A DNA stretch of 56,443 nt from the NCBI GenBank assembly GCA_046726415.1, contig JBKPAK010000009.1, positions 1-56,443 of the forward strand, read 5' to 3'. This document shows positions 1-10,676 of the stretch, piece by piece. Position numbers and translations under genes: made by a program. The number at the start of each line of letters is the position of its first letter. Position 1 is the first letter of the stretch. The DNA is from Candidatus Methylomirabilota bacterium (GTDB taxonomy: Bacteria; Methylomirabilota; Methylomirabilia; Rokubacteriales; CSP1-6). The notes below the pieces were generated by a model. The model had not been told where the DNA came from. It worked only from the letters and a program-made list of their open reading frames with translations, and searched no databases.

Positions 1-271
1 CGGCGAGTTCTTCTGATCGGGCGGTCACCGAGCGCTCACCCATGGGCGGAGCGCGGGTGGGTCCGGTCCTTCGGAGCTTCGGCCGCGGCAAATCCCAGAA
101 CATCCACGAGAAGCTGGGCGCCTTCTCGCGGCACTTCCTCTTCGAACAGCGACCACTCCTGGCCTGATTCCAGGATTCGGACGGGGACGGAGTAGGATGT
201 GGTACCGGCCGGGGATGGGGCCACGGGCTACAAGTCCATGACCTTCCACGCCCCGTGCGCGGTTAGGGTGC

Positions 272-1231
272 ATGAGCCAGCGAAGGCTTTTCGCGAGGAG
301 CGGGGGCGCGCGCGAGGTCGAGTGGCCGACCGGCGCAGCGCTAGCCGCGTCCCTTCCCGTCTACTGGGTCGACACCGAGATCCTGGCGAGAAAGCGCGTC
401 CAGGGGAACGGGTTCAGAGTCGAAGTGCTCACGCGGCGGGTGGTGGGCCGCTGCGAGTTCGATGTGCATCTCCCGAACCACCTGCTGTCGTCCACGTTGT
501 CCGGTCCGGCCCGGCGCGTGGAGTACCGGATCGATGACGGTCCAACGGAAACGGGCGTCCTCAGACCAGGTCAGATCCGCCTTCTGCCGGCCCATCACCA
601 CTCTCGAGGACATATTCAGGGGGCTGGGATCTTTCGAACGGCGTTGCTGCTGGTTGAGCCACAACTGATCGACCTCGTCACTGGAGTCGCCGACCTCGAC
701 CCTGGCCGCCTCGAGTTCACACCCTCCGCAGGGTTCAGCAGTCCGGGAGTCCTGAGCGCAATGACCGCGCTCGCCCGCGAGGTGGAGCAACCCGGCCTCA
801 TGACCGGCATCTACGCCGAGAGCCTCGTGCTCCAGGTGCTGATCGAAGTGATCCGTCATCACGCAGGACGGGGCGCCGCGACCCGGCGAGAGGGCGCCAT
901 CGCCTCCCGGCGGCTCCAGCGCGTCACCGACTACATCGAGGCGCATCTCGATGAGGACCTATCAGTGGTGGCCCTCGCGGCCGAAGCCGGCCTCCGCCCG
1001 GCGCAGTTCACCCATCAGTTCAGGCGCTTTACGGACTTCTCACCTCATCAGTATGTGCTTAGACGACGGCTCGAGCGCGCCGCACAGCTCCTCGGGCGCC
1101 GCAGCCAATCGATCGCGGATGTGGCGCTCGCCGTGGGGTTCTGCAGCCAGTCGCATCTGACGGCGGCCTTTCGGCGTGTCTACGGCACGTCTCCCGGCGC
1201 CTATCGCGACGAATCGCGTGCCGTCGGGTGA
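272..1231 (+). CDS. AraC family transcriptional regulator
   Basis: C-terminal double HTH: 'LQRVTDYIEAHLDEDLSV...RRRLERAAQLL...SIADVALAVGFCSQSHLTAAFRRVYGTSPGAYR'. Confidence 0.95.
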   Translation: MSQRRLFARSGGAREVEWPTGAALAASLPVYWVDTEILARKRVQGNGFRVEVLTRRVVGRCEFDVHLPNHLLSSTLSGPARRVEYRIDDGPTETGVLRPGQIRLLPAHHHSRGHIQGAGIFRTALLLVEPQLIDLVTGVADLDPGRLEFTPSAGFSSPGVLSAMTALAREVEQPGLMTGIYAESLVLQVLIEVIRHHAGRGAATRREGAIASRRLQRVTDYIEAHLDEDLSVVALAAEAGLRPAQFTHQFRRFTDFSPHQYVLRRRLERAAQLLGRRSQSIADVALAVGFCSQSHLTAAFRRVYGTSPGAYRDESRAVG

Positions 1232-1629
1232 AGCCGCCCTCGTCCATCCGTTTCTGATAAGGCCGGTGGTTCCTGAAAGACCGCGGTGCGGAAAACATGG
1301 GACCGTCGGCGCCGTGGAACAGACTTCTGCGATCCTCGAATGGCGTGAAGTGACAGGCCAGCGACCGCACCGAGGCCGGCGCCCTCGCCGCGCTCGCCAG
1401 GACCAGGCTTCGAGAGGTCCCCGTATGTCCGGTCTCTTCGTGGGGCTCCGGGGCAAGGTGTACGCGTCCAGGCTCGAAGGGACTCCCCGGCGCTCCATCC
1501 AGGAAAGAAGGGACCGTCGAGATCGCGAAATGTGCGGTGGCCGCACGCCGTCTCCGCACGAGGGAGGTGGTCCGATCTAGGGAAAGGACGGTCGAGTGGT
1601 GCACTGTGGCACCCGACGAAGGAGTCAGC

Positions 1630-1731
1630 ATGAACCCGCCCCGCACACTTCTTACTGCTCGCCTGCTCGTCCTGCTCGCCGCGATCAAGGTCGGGCCCCG
1701 GGCGCCCCACCGCCGAGAGGAGGATATATGA
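1630..1731 (+). CDS. 33-aa ORF, signal-peptide-like; possible internally deleted gene remnant
   Basis: AAGGAG RBS; MNPPRTLLTARLLVLLAAIKV...; its TGA overlaps the ATG at 1728. Confidence 0.35.
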   Translation: MNPPRTLLTARLLVLLAAIKVGPRAPHRREEDI

Positions 1732-3947
1732 GGCCGCGACGCGAAGTCATGGCCAGCTTCATGCTGCTGATGACCGCGAGTGTGCTCTCCGCTCTCACCG
1801 TCACGCCGACCCTGGCAGGCAACAAGCTCGAGATCAGTACCCTGTCCAACGGTCCAGACAAGCTGAGTGGAGGCGATGCGCTGGTCCAGGTCGTCGTGCC
1901 GCCCGGCACGGACCCCCGGGACGTGAAGGTCACGCTCAACGGCAACGACCTGACGGGTGCATTTTGGCCAGACCCGGCGCGTCACGCGCTGGTCGGCTTG
2001 GTGACTGGCCTGGACCTCGGAACGAACCGGCTGGAGGCGAAGGCCAAGGGCGCCGGCACGGACAAGCTGCGCATCCAGAACCACCCGATCACCGGGCCCG
2101 TGTTCTCAGGCCCTCAGGAGCAGCCGTTCTTCTGTCAGACGCACCAGTTTCGCCTTTATCCCAATGGCCCGTTCCTGACCGACTCCCAGATCGGGGATCC
2201 CTGTGTCGTCCCCCGGCGCGTCGACTACGTGTACCGGACGACGACCGGCACCTTTTCCGCGTTTGACCCCGGGGCTCCTCCCCCGGCGGACCTGGCCACG
2301 ACCCCGACTGGCGTCCCTTATATTGTTCGGCTCGAGACGGGGACGATCAACCGGGCCATTTACCAGATCGCGATTCTCGATAACCCTGCGGTGGCGGGGC
2401 CGGACCTCCGGAACCACGCCGATCCGGGCTGGAACGGCCGCCTCGTCTATACCTTCGGCGGCGGCTGCGGCGGCGGTCACTACATCCAAGGCAGCTCGGC
2501 CGGCGGCGTCCTCAACGACATGATGCTGTCGCGAGGTTTCGCGGTCGCCTCATCGTCGCTCAATGTGCTCGGCAACAACTGCAACGACGTGGTGTCCGCC
2601 GAGACCCTGATGATGGTGAAGGAACGCTTCATCGAGGCGTTCGGCATCCCCCGCTACACGATGGGCTGGGGCTGCTCGGGTGGCGCTATCCAGCAGTACA
2701 TGATCGGCAACAACTATCCCGGGCTGCTCGATGGTCTCGTGCCGCAGTGCAGTTTCCCCGATGTCTACGCCACGGGAACATTCGACGCACGGCTGATCCT
2801 GAACTACTTCGCGTACGGCGCCGATCTTCCCTGGACCCAGGAGGAGATCCGGGCTGCGTCGGGGTTCGGGACGTTCGGCCAGATCTACACGCAAGGCACC
2901 TCCTGGGCCGCGCGCATCGACCCGCTGCCCGTGCGCCCTGGGTTTCCGCCCTCCATCCCGCCCTTCCCGGCCAATCAGTCCTCCTGGCTGTACAACGCGA
3001 TCGTGCCGCTCGCCGTCCGGTACGACCCGGTCTCGAACCCGACCGGCGCGCGCGCGACGACCTACGATCACAACGTCAACACGTTCGGACGGGACGAGAA
3101 TGGGTTCGCCCGGCGGCCGCTCGACAACGTCGGCGTGCAGTACGGGCTGGCCGCCCTCAATGCCGGCCTCATCTCCAAGGCTCAGTTCCTCGACTTGAAC
3201 GAGAAGATCGGCGGCCTGGACATCGATGCCAACTTCATTCCCGAGCGCATGGTGGCCGATCGCCAAGCCACCCAGGCGGCGTACCGGACGGGGAAAATCG
3301 TCAGCGGCGGCTCGCTTGGCTCGGTGCCGATCCTCGACGTCGACGTCATCTACACCGATCTCCTGGAGGGCGGCGACGTCCACATGAAGTATTACCACTT
3401 CTCGACGCGCGAGCGGCTCATCAACGCCAACGGCAACGCGGACAACATGGTGATGTGGAACGGCGTCTTCGGGCCGCGCGCGGGCGTGCTCACCGAGGCC
3501 TTTCGGCAGATGGTGGCATGGCTGGACAACATCTCGGCGGACACCTCGGCCGCCGTGCCCGCGGTCAAGGTTGGCCGCAACAAGCCGGCGACCCTTACCG
3601 ACGGCTGCTGGACCGGTACGGCTGCGCCGTTTACCTTCGTCGCCGAGCGGCAGTTCTTCGGCGGGCCGGGCACCTCGGTGTGCAACGACCTCTATCCGGC
3701 CTACGGGTTTCCGCGGTACGAGGCCGGCATGCCGCTCAGCAACGACATTGTGAAGTGTCATCTGCGGCCAATCAATCTGGGGGACTACGCGGTGAGCTTC
3801 ACGCTACAGGAGCAGCGGCGCCTGCGCGGGATCTTTCCGGGAGGCGTCTGCGACTATTCGCGCCGCGGCGTCGATCAGCGCGACCCGCTGGACACATGGC
3901 TCCAGTACACGGACGTGGGGGAATACCGACGCGACAAGCACAACTGA
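1728..3947 (+). CDS. Secreted tannase-like alpha/beta hydrolase (DUF6351-like)
   Basis: GAGGAGG RBS before ATG 1728; signal peptide; FGGGCG and GCSGG nucleophile-type motif; C-terminal 'KC.L.P...FPGGVCDYS'. Confidence 0.8.
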   Translation: MRPRREVMASFMLLMTASVLSALTVTPTLAGNKLEISTLSNGPDKLSGGDALVQVVVPPGTDPRDVKVTLNGNDLTGAFWPDPARHALVGLVTGLDLGTNRLEAKAKGAGTDKLRIQNHPITGPVFSGPQEQPFFCQTHQFRLYPNGPFLTDSQIGDPCVVPRRVDYVYRTTTGTFSAFDPGAPPPADLATTPTGVPYIVRLETGTINRAIYQIAILDNPAVAGPDLRNHADPGWNGRLVYTFGGGCGGGHYIQGSSAGGVLNDMMLSRGFAVASSSLNVLGNNCNDVVSAETLMMVKERFIEAFGIPRYTMGWGCSGGAIQQYMIGNNYPGLLDGLVPQCSFPDVYATGTFDARLILNYFAYGADLPWTQEEIRAASGFGTFGQIYTQGTSWAARIDPLPVRPGFPPSIPPFPANQSSWLYNAIVPLAVRYDPVSNPTGARATTYDHNVNTFGRDENGFARRPLDNVGVQYGLAALNAGLISKAQFLDLNEKIGGLDIDANFIPERMVADRQATQAAYRTGKIVSGGSLGSVPILDVDVIYTDLLEGGDVHMKYYHFSTRERLINANGNADNMVMWNGVFGPRAGVLTEAFRQMVAWLDNISADTSAAVPAVKVGRNKPATLTDGCWTGTAAPFTFVAERQFFGGPGTSVCNDLYPAYGFPRYEAGMPLSNDIVKCHLRPINLGDYAVSFTLQEQRRLRGIFPGGVCDYSRRGVDQRDPLDTWLQYTDVGEYRRDKHN

Positions 3948-4081
3948 GCAGGCCCGGCGCCATGCGCACGGCGCCACGGTCGGGCGATGCGGGCGGCGCG
4001 TCGGCCCCGTCAGCCTTGGGTTGATGGCGCGATGCGCCTTCGTCAGGGTGACGACATTCCATCTGCTGGGGAGGAGCGCGT

Positions 4082-5878
4082 ATGAGTCGAGCGATCAGGC
4101 CGGTTCTTGCAGCGGCGCTGCTCACGGGAATTCTGCTCCTGCCGGCCCTCGGCGACGCCCAGGGCCCGAAGGGGGCCGGCACCGAGTCTCGGCGATGGGT
4201 CACCGGGCCGTTGCCGTCGCCGGCGTCCCCGCCAATTCACGAGATCATCGAGCGGAATGACGTCTTCGTCACCATGCGGGACGGCATCCGGCTGCAAACC
4301 GATATTTTCTTGCCCGTGCTCCCCGAAGGTGCACCCGTCCCGCCGTGTGTGCTGCAAGCGAACGGCTACGGCATCGACGGGAACATCGGCGCGCTCGTCC
4401 GCCCTTCGCTCATCGAGCTGGCCCGCCGCGGCTACGCCGTGGTCCACGCGAGCCTGCGCGGCATGTCGCTCCAGCCGCCCAACTGGGGCAGCCTCTCGGA
4501 AGGCGTGAACGACCTCTACAACCAATACGGCAAGGATGGCTATGACCTCATCCAGTGGATGGCCCAGCAGCCCTGGTGCAACGGCGAGGTCGGCATGGTC
4601 GGCGGCTCGCTGCTTGGCATCAGCCAGTGGCTCACGGCGCGGGAGTCGCCGCCTCAGCTGAAGGCCATCGTCCCCGACATATCGTGCGGGGACTGCTACA
4701 ACATCCTCTGGTACATGGGAGGCATGCTGCCGGGGGCCCGTCGCGCCGCGCGCGGCATTCCCGAATATCCCTCGGCCCTCGAGCACCGGGACTTCGACGC
4801 GTGGTGGCGGGAGCGCACCACACTCGAGAGCGATCATCGCGCCATCGCGCGCGATGGCGTGGCCATGCTGGTGCGGGGCGATTGGGGCGACTACCTGCTC
4901 GCCGGTACGGTGCGAGCATATGAACAGTCGGTCGGTGGACCGCACGGGAAGCGAAAGCTCATCCTGGGGTCCGTGTCTCATGCGCCGGCGCCGGACTCCC
5001 TGCCGTACAGCAACGCCGAGTACCAGGCCATGTGGCTCGACCGGCACCTCAAGGGCGTCAGGAACGGCGTCGACTCGGAACCCGGTGTGCTCCTTCGTAT
5101 CGAGGGCCCAGACCAGTGGCGCTTCGAGCACGCGTGGCCAATCCCGGATACGCATCGGACTCGTCTCTACTTGCGCGCGGCGGTCAACGGAGACGGTACG
5201 AGCATCAATGACGGCACCTTGGCCAATGAGAGGCCGCGTCGGCACGAGGCGAACGTCACCTACGAGTACTCTCCGGCCGGCCCCTTCAACCAGTCGGGGG
5301 CGAACGGACCGCGGCTGACGAACGACCAGCGGCCCGATGAGGCGCTCGGGCTCACGTGGACCAGCGAGGTTCTGCGGGTGCCGACCGAGACCACCGGTTG
5401 GTGGCACCTCGAGTTCTGGGCATCGGCGACCGCCGTCGATACGGACTTCGTGGTCGAGATCACCGACGTCTCCCCCGATGGCACATCGAAACAGGTCGGG
5501 CGGGGATGGCTGAACGCCTCGCACTCGTTCTCGAACCGGATCGGGCGGGAGCACCTCGCCCGGGGAACCGGGGCGACGAGTCCTCGGCCCCTCGTTCCCG
5601 GCGAGATCTACAGGTTCCACCTGGAGATCTGGCCGACCGCGTACGTGTTCCCGGCCGGCCACCGCATCCGCGTGGCGCTGTCGGGCTCGGACTCGCTCGG
5701 AACCGCCCCGAACCCCAATCCAGCCGCCGTCACCGTCTACCAGGATGCTGCGCACCCGTCCCATATCGACATCCCGATCATTGGCAACAGCTGGCGGCTG
5801 CTCATCGGCAAGCACGGCTGGGGCGACGACCGGGGCCACGACGGGGATCATCACGGCGATCGCGACGATGACAACTAG
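4082..5878 (+). CDS. CocE/NonD family serine hydrolase, secreted
   Basis: 'VTMRDGIRL', 'DGYDLIQWMAQQPWCNGEVGMVGGSLLG', C-terminal 'FPAGHRIRV'; signal peptide. Confidence 0.9.
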   Translation: MSRAIRPVLAAALLTGILLLPALGDAQGPKGAGTESRRWVTGPLPSPASPPIHEIIERNDVFVTMRDGIRLQTDIFLPVLPEGAPVPPCVLQANGYGIDGNIGALVRPSLIELARRGYAVVHASLRGMSLQPPNWGSLSEGVNDLYNQYGKDGYDLIQWMAQQPWCNGEVGMVGGSLLGISQWLTARESPPQLKAIVPDISCGDCYNILWYMGGMLPGARRAARGIPEYPSALEHRDFDAWWRERTTLESDHRAIARDGVAMLVRGDWGDYLLAGTVRAYEQSVGGPHGKRKLILGSVSHAPAPDSLPYSNAEYQAMWLDRHLKGVRNGVDSEPGVLLRIEGPDQWRFEHAWPIPDTHRTRLYLRAAVNGDGTSINDGTLANERPRRHEANVTYEYSPAGPFNQSGANGPRLTNDQRPDEALGLTWTSEVLRVPTETTGWWHLEFWASATAVDTDFVVEITDVSPDGTSKQVGRGWLNASHSFSNRIGREHLARGTGATSPRPLVPGEIYRFHLEIWPTAYVFPAGHRIRVALSGSDSLGTAPNPNPAAVTVYQDAAHPSHIDIPIIGNSWRLLIGKHGWGDDRGHDGDHHGDRDDDN

Positions 5879-6019
5879 CTGACTGACCTTGAGCAACCCA
5901 GCAACGCGGTATCAGGACGATGCCATCCTGGCCGACTGGCGGCCACCCGAACGCATGCGTGGTTTGCCCGCGGCCAAGCCATTCCGGGTACTGCACAGAC
6001 TACAGCCAAGGGGGCACAG

Positions 6020-7459
6020 ATGAACGTGACGATGAAGGATCTCGCAGTCGCCACCCGAGCGTTTGGCATCGCATGTGTCGCACTGGCCGGCGTAGTCTCG
6101 CTCCCACTGGTTGCCGGTTCGGCGGCAGCGAGTTCCGTCCCGAGCCCCACGGTGATCGGACCGATCCCGGTCAATGTCCCCCTGGGCCATGCCTCGCACG
6201 ACTATCCGCAGTACGTCGCGGCCATCGACTACGCGAGCCTCGGCTACGTCGAGGAGGAGTATTTCTTCGAAGGTCTCGCGAACCGCTACACCACGCCACC
6301 GCTGGCCACGGGAACTCTCAGTTCCAGCGGCCATCCGTACCGCAGCCGCCTGATCGTCCGCCGGCCAATGTCCCCAGCGACGTTTAACGGGACGGTTCTG
6401 GTCGAGTGGGTGAACGTCACTAGCGGCTACAACAACGACGCCATGTTCAAGGCTTCCACCGATCATCTGCTCAGGGCGGGCTACGCGTATGTCGGCGTGT
6501 CCGCCCAACGGGTGGGCATCCACGGCCCGGCCGGGTTGCGGTCCTGGAGCCCGATCCGTTATTCGACCCTCGACGTGACCCATGGAGACACGATCCTCGA
6601 CGACTCGCTCTCGTACGACATCTTCTCCCAGGCGGCCCAGGCGATTAGGCATCCCTCGGGGATCGATATCCTCGGCGGCCTGCCGGTGCAGCGCATCTTC
6701 GCGATCGGCGCCTCCCAGTCGCAAGGGCGCCTGGTGAGCTACCACAATTCGATCCATCCGCTCGCCGGTGTGTACGACGCCTTCTTCCTCTTTCTCGGCA
6801 TCGGCGGACGACTCCGCACGGACCTCGACGTGAAGGTGTTCAAGGTCGACACCGAGACCGACATCCTGTTCCTTGGCGAGGTCGTTGCCCGCCAGCCGGA
6901 CTCGGAGACGCTTCGCACGTGGGAGGTCGCTGGCACGTCCCATGTCGGATTCTCCGGCTTCGCCAACCGGGTGGCGCTCACCGTCCGCGACGGCCTGCCC
7001 GTCCCGGATCCTTCACCTTGCGACCGTCCGGCATTGAGCCACGTGCCCACGTACCAGGTGCTGAATGCAGTCTATGACCACCTGGTGCGCTGGGTGGCCG
7101 ACGGGAGCCCACCGCCAACTGCACCACGGATCGAGCTCACTTCGGCGGGCCCGCCCGTCGTCGTGGCCCGCGACAGCCACGGAAATGCCCTCGGCGGCGT
7201 GCAGCTCTCCCAGCACGCCGTGCCCACCGCGGTCAACGACGGGATCAACTCGGGTCCCGGGTTCTGCTTCCTGTACGGGTCGCATCGGCCGTTCGACGAC
7301 GCCACACTCGCTCAGCTGTACCGGAACCACGGGGCATATGTCTCGGCGGTCAGCCACGTGAACAACGACAACGTAGCGGCCGGCTACATCTTGCGAGAGG
7401 ACGCGGAAGCGAACAAGCAAGCGGCAGCGCAGTCCGAGATCGGCAAGAAGAAGCGCTAA
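6020..7459 (+). CDS. Secreted alpha/beta hydrolase domain protein
   Basis: 'GYVEEEYFFEG', 'FNGTVLVEWVNVT', GASQS nucleophile elbow, 'WEVAGTSH'; signal peptide. Confidence 0.85.
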   Translation: MNVTMKDLAVATRAFGIACVALAGVVSLPLVAGSAAASSVPSPTVIGPIPVNVPLGHASHDYPQYVAAIDYASLGYVEEEYFFEGLANRYTTPPLATGTLSSSGHPYRSRLIVRRPMSPATFNGTVLVEWVNVTSGYNNDAMFKASTDHLLRAGYAYVGVSAQRVGIHGPAGLRSWSPIRYSTLDVTHGDTILDDSLSYDIFSQAAQAIRHPSGIDILGGLPVQRIFAIGASQSQGRLVSYHNSIHPLAGVYDAFFLFLGIGGRLRTDLDVKVFKVDTETDILFLGEVVARQPDSETLRTWEVAGTSHVGFSGFANRVALTVRDGLPVPDPSPCDRPALSHVPTYQVLNAVYDHLVRWVADGSPPPTAPRIELTSAGPPVVVARDSHGNALGGVQLSQHAVPTAVNDGINSGPGFCFLYGSHRPFDDATLAQLYRNHGAYVSAVSHVNNDNVAAGYILREDAEANKQAAAQSEIGKKKR

Positions 7460-7580
7460 TGATGCCCCGGAGGTAAACTTCGCCGACGGACAACAATCTC
7501 CCCGCTCCGCCGGCGTTGCCTGTGCGAGGAAGCGCTCCTCGAGCACGGGAGCGGGGCCCTGCGTTTGACAGCACGGTGGC

Positions 7581-7607
7581 CCCATGCACTGCGCTGTAGT
7601 GCATGGG
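7581..7607. promoter_or_regulatory. Inverted repeat operator over the start codon of the RHH-like gene
   Basis: CCCATGCACT-N7-AGTGCATGGG; TTGACA at 7565. Confidence 0.55.
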
Positions 7608-7943
7608 CAAGAGCGAGGTCTACAGTTGGAGATTGTCGCGGGAGACCAGGGCGATCGTCGAGGACGAGGCGCGTCGGCAACGCACTTCCCTCGCTGGCGT
7701 GCTCGACCGGATGTGCAGGAGTGGCGACGCCGGCAGGAGAGACCCGACGATGATTCCGCCGAGCAGGCCGATATCCTACAACGGTATCTGACCAAGGCCG
7801 TGGGCGCCGGAAAAGCTGCAGGGAATGCTGGAATGAGGCGCCCACGCTGTATCTCCAGGACCTGGATCGATTTGAAATCGTCTCGCAAACCATCGCAGGG
7901 CTGCGCAACCAACTGCTCTCGCATCGGGTGTAGGGCATGTTGA
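7603..7943 (+). pseudogene. Ribbon-helix-helix antitoxin-like protein, frameshifted near 7712, no toxin partner
   Basis: MGKSEVYSWRLSRETRAIVEDEARRQRTSLAGVLDRM continues in another frame as VQEWRRRQERPDDDSAEQ if one G is added. Confidence 0.5.
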
Positions 7944-8395
7944 CCAATATGAGAGCGCTACGGACGTTCACGGAATATCACTGCTATTCCGGGTGGGACT
8001 TCATGGCGCTGTTGAAATGTCTGCAGAACAAACTGACCTGCACGGAGGTCCCTGGCAAACGCCGACAAATGGTCTCGTCCGGGAACACGTAGGCGACCTG
8101 TTGCACTGCCCACGCGGCGGTGCGCCGGCCCGTGACCCCGATGGGGAGAGCTCGCGACGGTCGTGACGGCGGATCACGAACGCGAAGAGCCGGTGGAATG
8201 TGCGGGGAGACAAGACCGGGAAGTCGTGAGCCGTCAGCGGATGTGACGTCCGCGACGATCAGCGACCACGGCGCGGCTATCGGACCCGGGATAGCGCGCC
8301 GGCTTCACACCGCAATCGTTGACGGTCCCGCGACGATGGGCTACGCTGCGCAATACTTTCGTAGCCAGATCGAAATGTTGGCGAGGAGAGCAGGC

Positions 8396-8902
8396 ATGGC
8401 CAGGAAGGGGAAGGCTCGTCCTTCTGTCAGCAGTCCTCGAAAGCTCACGCCAGGCGTCACGGGAGTCTCGACAGGTTTTGTCGATATTCTCGCCAGCACG
8501 GCCGCGGCCGTGCTGAGCGGTGCCCGTGAGGTCGGCGCAGTGGTTGGATCTGTCGCGAACGGCGCGGCGCGCGGCTCGCGGCGCGCGGCTGGCGAGATCG
8601 GAGGCGATGTGGGGCGCTTGGCGACGAGAGCCGCGGAGGGCGCCTGGGGGGCCGCGGATCGCCTCACCACCGCGGCCAGCCGTGCGGTCGGCCATCTTGT
8701 CACCGCGACGAGCGACGGTGTCACGGAGATGATTCAGCCCGGGCGTACGCGAGTCGCCGCCACCCGAGGCCGCCAGCGCGCGCGTCAGGGAGCCTCTCGA
8801 CAGCGGCCGCGGCCCCCGCAGACGGCGCCAGCGCGCCGGCCCGGGCGAAAGCGCCCGGCGGAGAGTCAGTCCGAGCAGCCTCGTGCGCCCGGAGCTGCCT
8901 GA
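8396..8902 (+). CDS. Hypothetical Ala/Gly-rich helical protein with basic tail
   Basis: GAGGAG RBS; amphipathic repeats 'AAAVLSGAREVGAVVGSVANGAARG'. Confidence 0.55.
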   Translation: MARKGKARPSVSSPRKLTPGVTGVSTGFVDILASTAAAVLSGAREVGAVVGSVANGAARGSRRAAGEIGGDVGRLATRAAEGAWGAADRLTTAASRAVGHLVTATSDGVTEMIQPGRTRVAATRGRQRARQGASRQRPRPPQTAPARRPGRKRPAESQSEQPRAPGAA

Positions 8903-9236
8903 GATCAGAAACGCGCCTTCCAGCACATCGTAAGTCAGGACGACGAAACCGACGGCGAGCTCCGGATTGACACCATCCTTCCGGAGATCGGCGGGATCGT
9001 GCGGAGTGCGGACTGGGGCACCATGGAGCGGCGGCCGGATCGACGGGACGCGCATTGGCGTTCACGACGTGATCGGCTTACTCTAGAACGGCGAGACGAT
9101 CGAAGCCTGATCGCGAGCTGTTTTCCAGGTTTTACGCGGGCCTCGCCTACTATGGGGATCACCGGGGGCGCGGCGGGGCCCGCCCCCGCCGCGGTGAGCC
9201 GGCCCCGCGCGAAGGCGTGACCTCGCCACGCGCGCG

Positions 9237-10676
9237 CTAGAAGTTCGCGATCTGGCGCAAGTGCCCCGTGACCCGCAGAATGTGCAAGCCCGTGTTCGCT
9301 CGGTCCACGATGTAGACCAGGCCGCGGTCGTCGACCTCGACGTTGTTCGTTTGGATCGCGGTCTTGCAGCGCTGGACGCCGTCGATCGTGATGCACCGCT
9401 GGTCGGTGTTGGCGGTCGTCGCCGGGATGTAGAACCCCGCCTCCTTCGGCCGGAACGGATCGCGGATGTCGACGGCGCGGACGCCGGCGTTGAAGTAGGC
9501 GATGAACACGACCCGGCCATAGTAGATGGGCGTGAAGCTCTCGTTAGAGGAGTGGGCGCCGAAGCGCCCTCCGCGTTCGCAGAAGTTGCCCGGCTTCTCG
9601 GGCACATAGAAGTTCGAAATCACCTGGGGCTTCGTCTCGATGGTCACATCGAGCAGGAACACCATCTGGTGGCTCTCGCCGATGCATTCGTTCGCGGTCG
9701 ACTCGTTGACGATCACCACAATGTCGCGTTCGAACCCGACGTTGAACGGGCCGAGCTTGCGGACCTCAACGCCGAGCACCGGGAACGTGGTGTGCGCCCC
9801 CACGAACGGCGTCGTGTCGTATTGCGCGATGATCGGAAAGCGGAGATTCTCGGCCGTCTCCCGCTCCTGGCGAGGACCGGTCAGGAGCTTGGTGCGGTCG
9901 GCAATCTGGACAATGCCATTGGAGCTCGTGCCGTGGCCAAAGTAGACGCGGTGCCCGGCGCTGATCGGGCCGTGGAGGGAGGTCGGGACCGGTCCTGTCG
10001 AACCCGGCTCCTGACCGACGAGGCCGTAGTCGCGGATGTGAACCGGCGTCTGCGGGTTGCTCAGGTCGAAGATCTGGGTCATGCGGTTGGTGCGCCAGCC
10101 GGGCACGCCAGAGACGAGGTAGGCGATACCGGTATCGCACTCCCACCAGCTCTTGTGCGTGCCGGCGAGTCCGGAAGAGGGCGTGCTGACCAGCACGGGT
10201 GAGCTTGGATTTCTGACATCAAAGACCTGGTGCCCCTCCTCGCCGAACGTCCGCAGCAGGTATACCGCCTCCTCGTTGGCGTTGGGCAACTCGCTTCCGT
10301 TGCACACCCGAACCATCTGCGCGCCCCCTGCCTCGCCGACGCCAGAGGGACCGGGGATGTGACGGAGGTAGCGCGGATTGCTGGGATCGGTGACGTCGAC
10401 GATGGACGTGCCGTTCGTCTCTTCGACGCCCGTGAGGGGGTTGAACGCCGTGCCGCCGTGGTGGCCGATGTAGGCGATCCAACGTTGGCCCTGGCGGTGG
10501 ATGACCGGCTGATACGCGGAGCGCGCCTGGAGGTCGTTGTGGCCCAGCAGCACCAAGTTTTCGGATTCTTCGCCGTGCTGGGCGGCGGCCTGCTGGGCAC
10601 CGCTCGGGCCGAAGAACGCCAGGAAGGCGGTGACGAGTGCGATCAGCGCGATTCGATACGGGAGCTGTTGGATCAT
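9237..10676 (-). CDS. Secreted LVIVD-repeat beta-propeller protein
   Basis: GGAGG RBS; signal peptide; repeated 'IVDVTDPSNP', 'VFDVRNPSSP', 'IFDLSNPQTP', 'AVDIRDPFRP'. Confidence 0.85.
   Translation of the reverse strand: MIQQLPYRIALIALVTAFLAFFGPSGAQQAAAQHGEESENLVLLGHNDLQARSAYQPVIHRQGQRWIAYIGHHGGTAFNPLTGVEETNGTSIVDVTDPSNPRYLRHIPGPSGVGEAGGAQMVRVCNGSELPNANEEAVYLLRTFGEEGHQVFDVRNPSSPVLVSTPSSGLAGTHKSWWECDTGIAYLVSGVPGWRTNRMTQIFDLSNPQTPVHIRDYGLVGQEPGSTGPVPTSLHGPISAGHRVYFGHGTSSNGIVQIADRTKLLTGPRQERETAENLRFPIIAQYDTTPFVGAHTTFPVLGVEVRKLGPFNVGFERDIVVIVNESTANECIGESHQMVFLLDVTIETKPQVISNFYVPEKPGNFCERGGRFGAHSSNESFTPIYYGRVVFIAYFNAGVRAVDIRDPFRPKEAGFYIPATTANTDQRCITIDGVQRCKTAIQTNNVEVDDRGLVYIVDRANTGLHILRVTGHLRQIANF

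Noticed and set aside
168-197. In-frame FQDSDGDGVG, resembling the GH13 alpha-glucosidase Ca-binding motif
   Set aside because: Only 10 aa, preceded by a stop, with no further similarity
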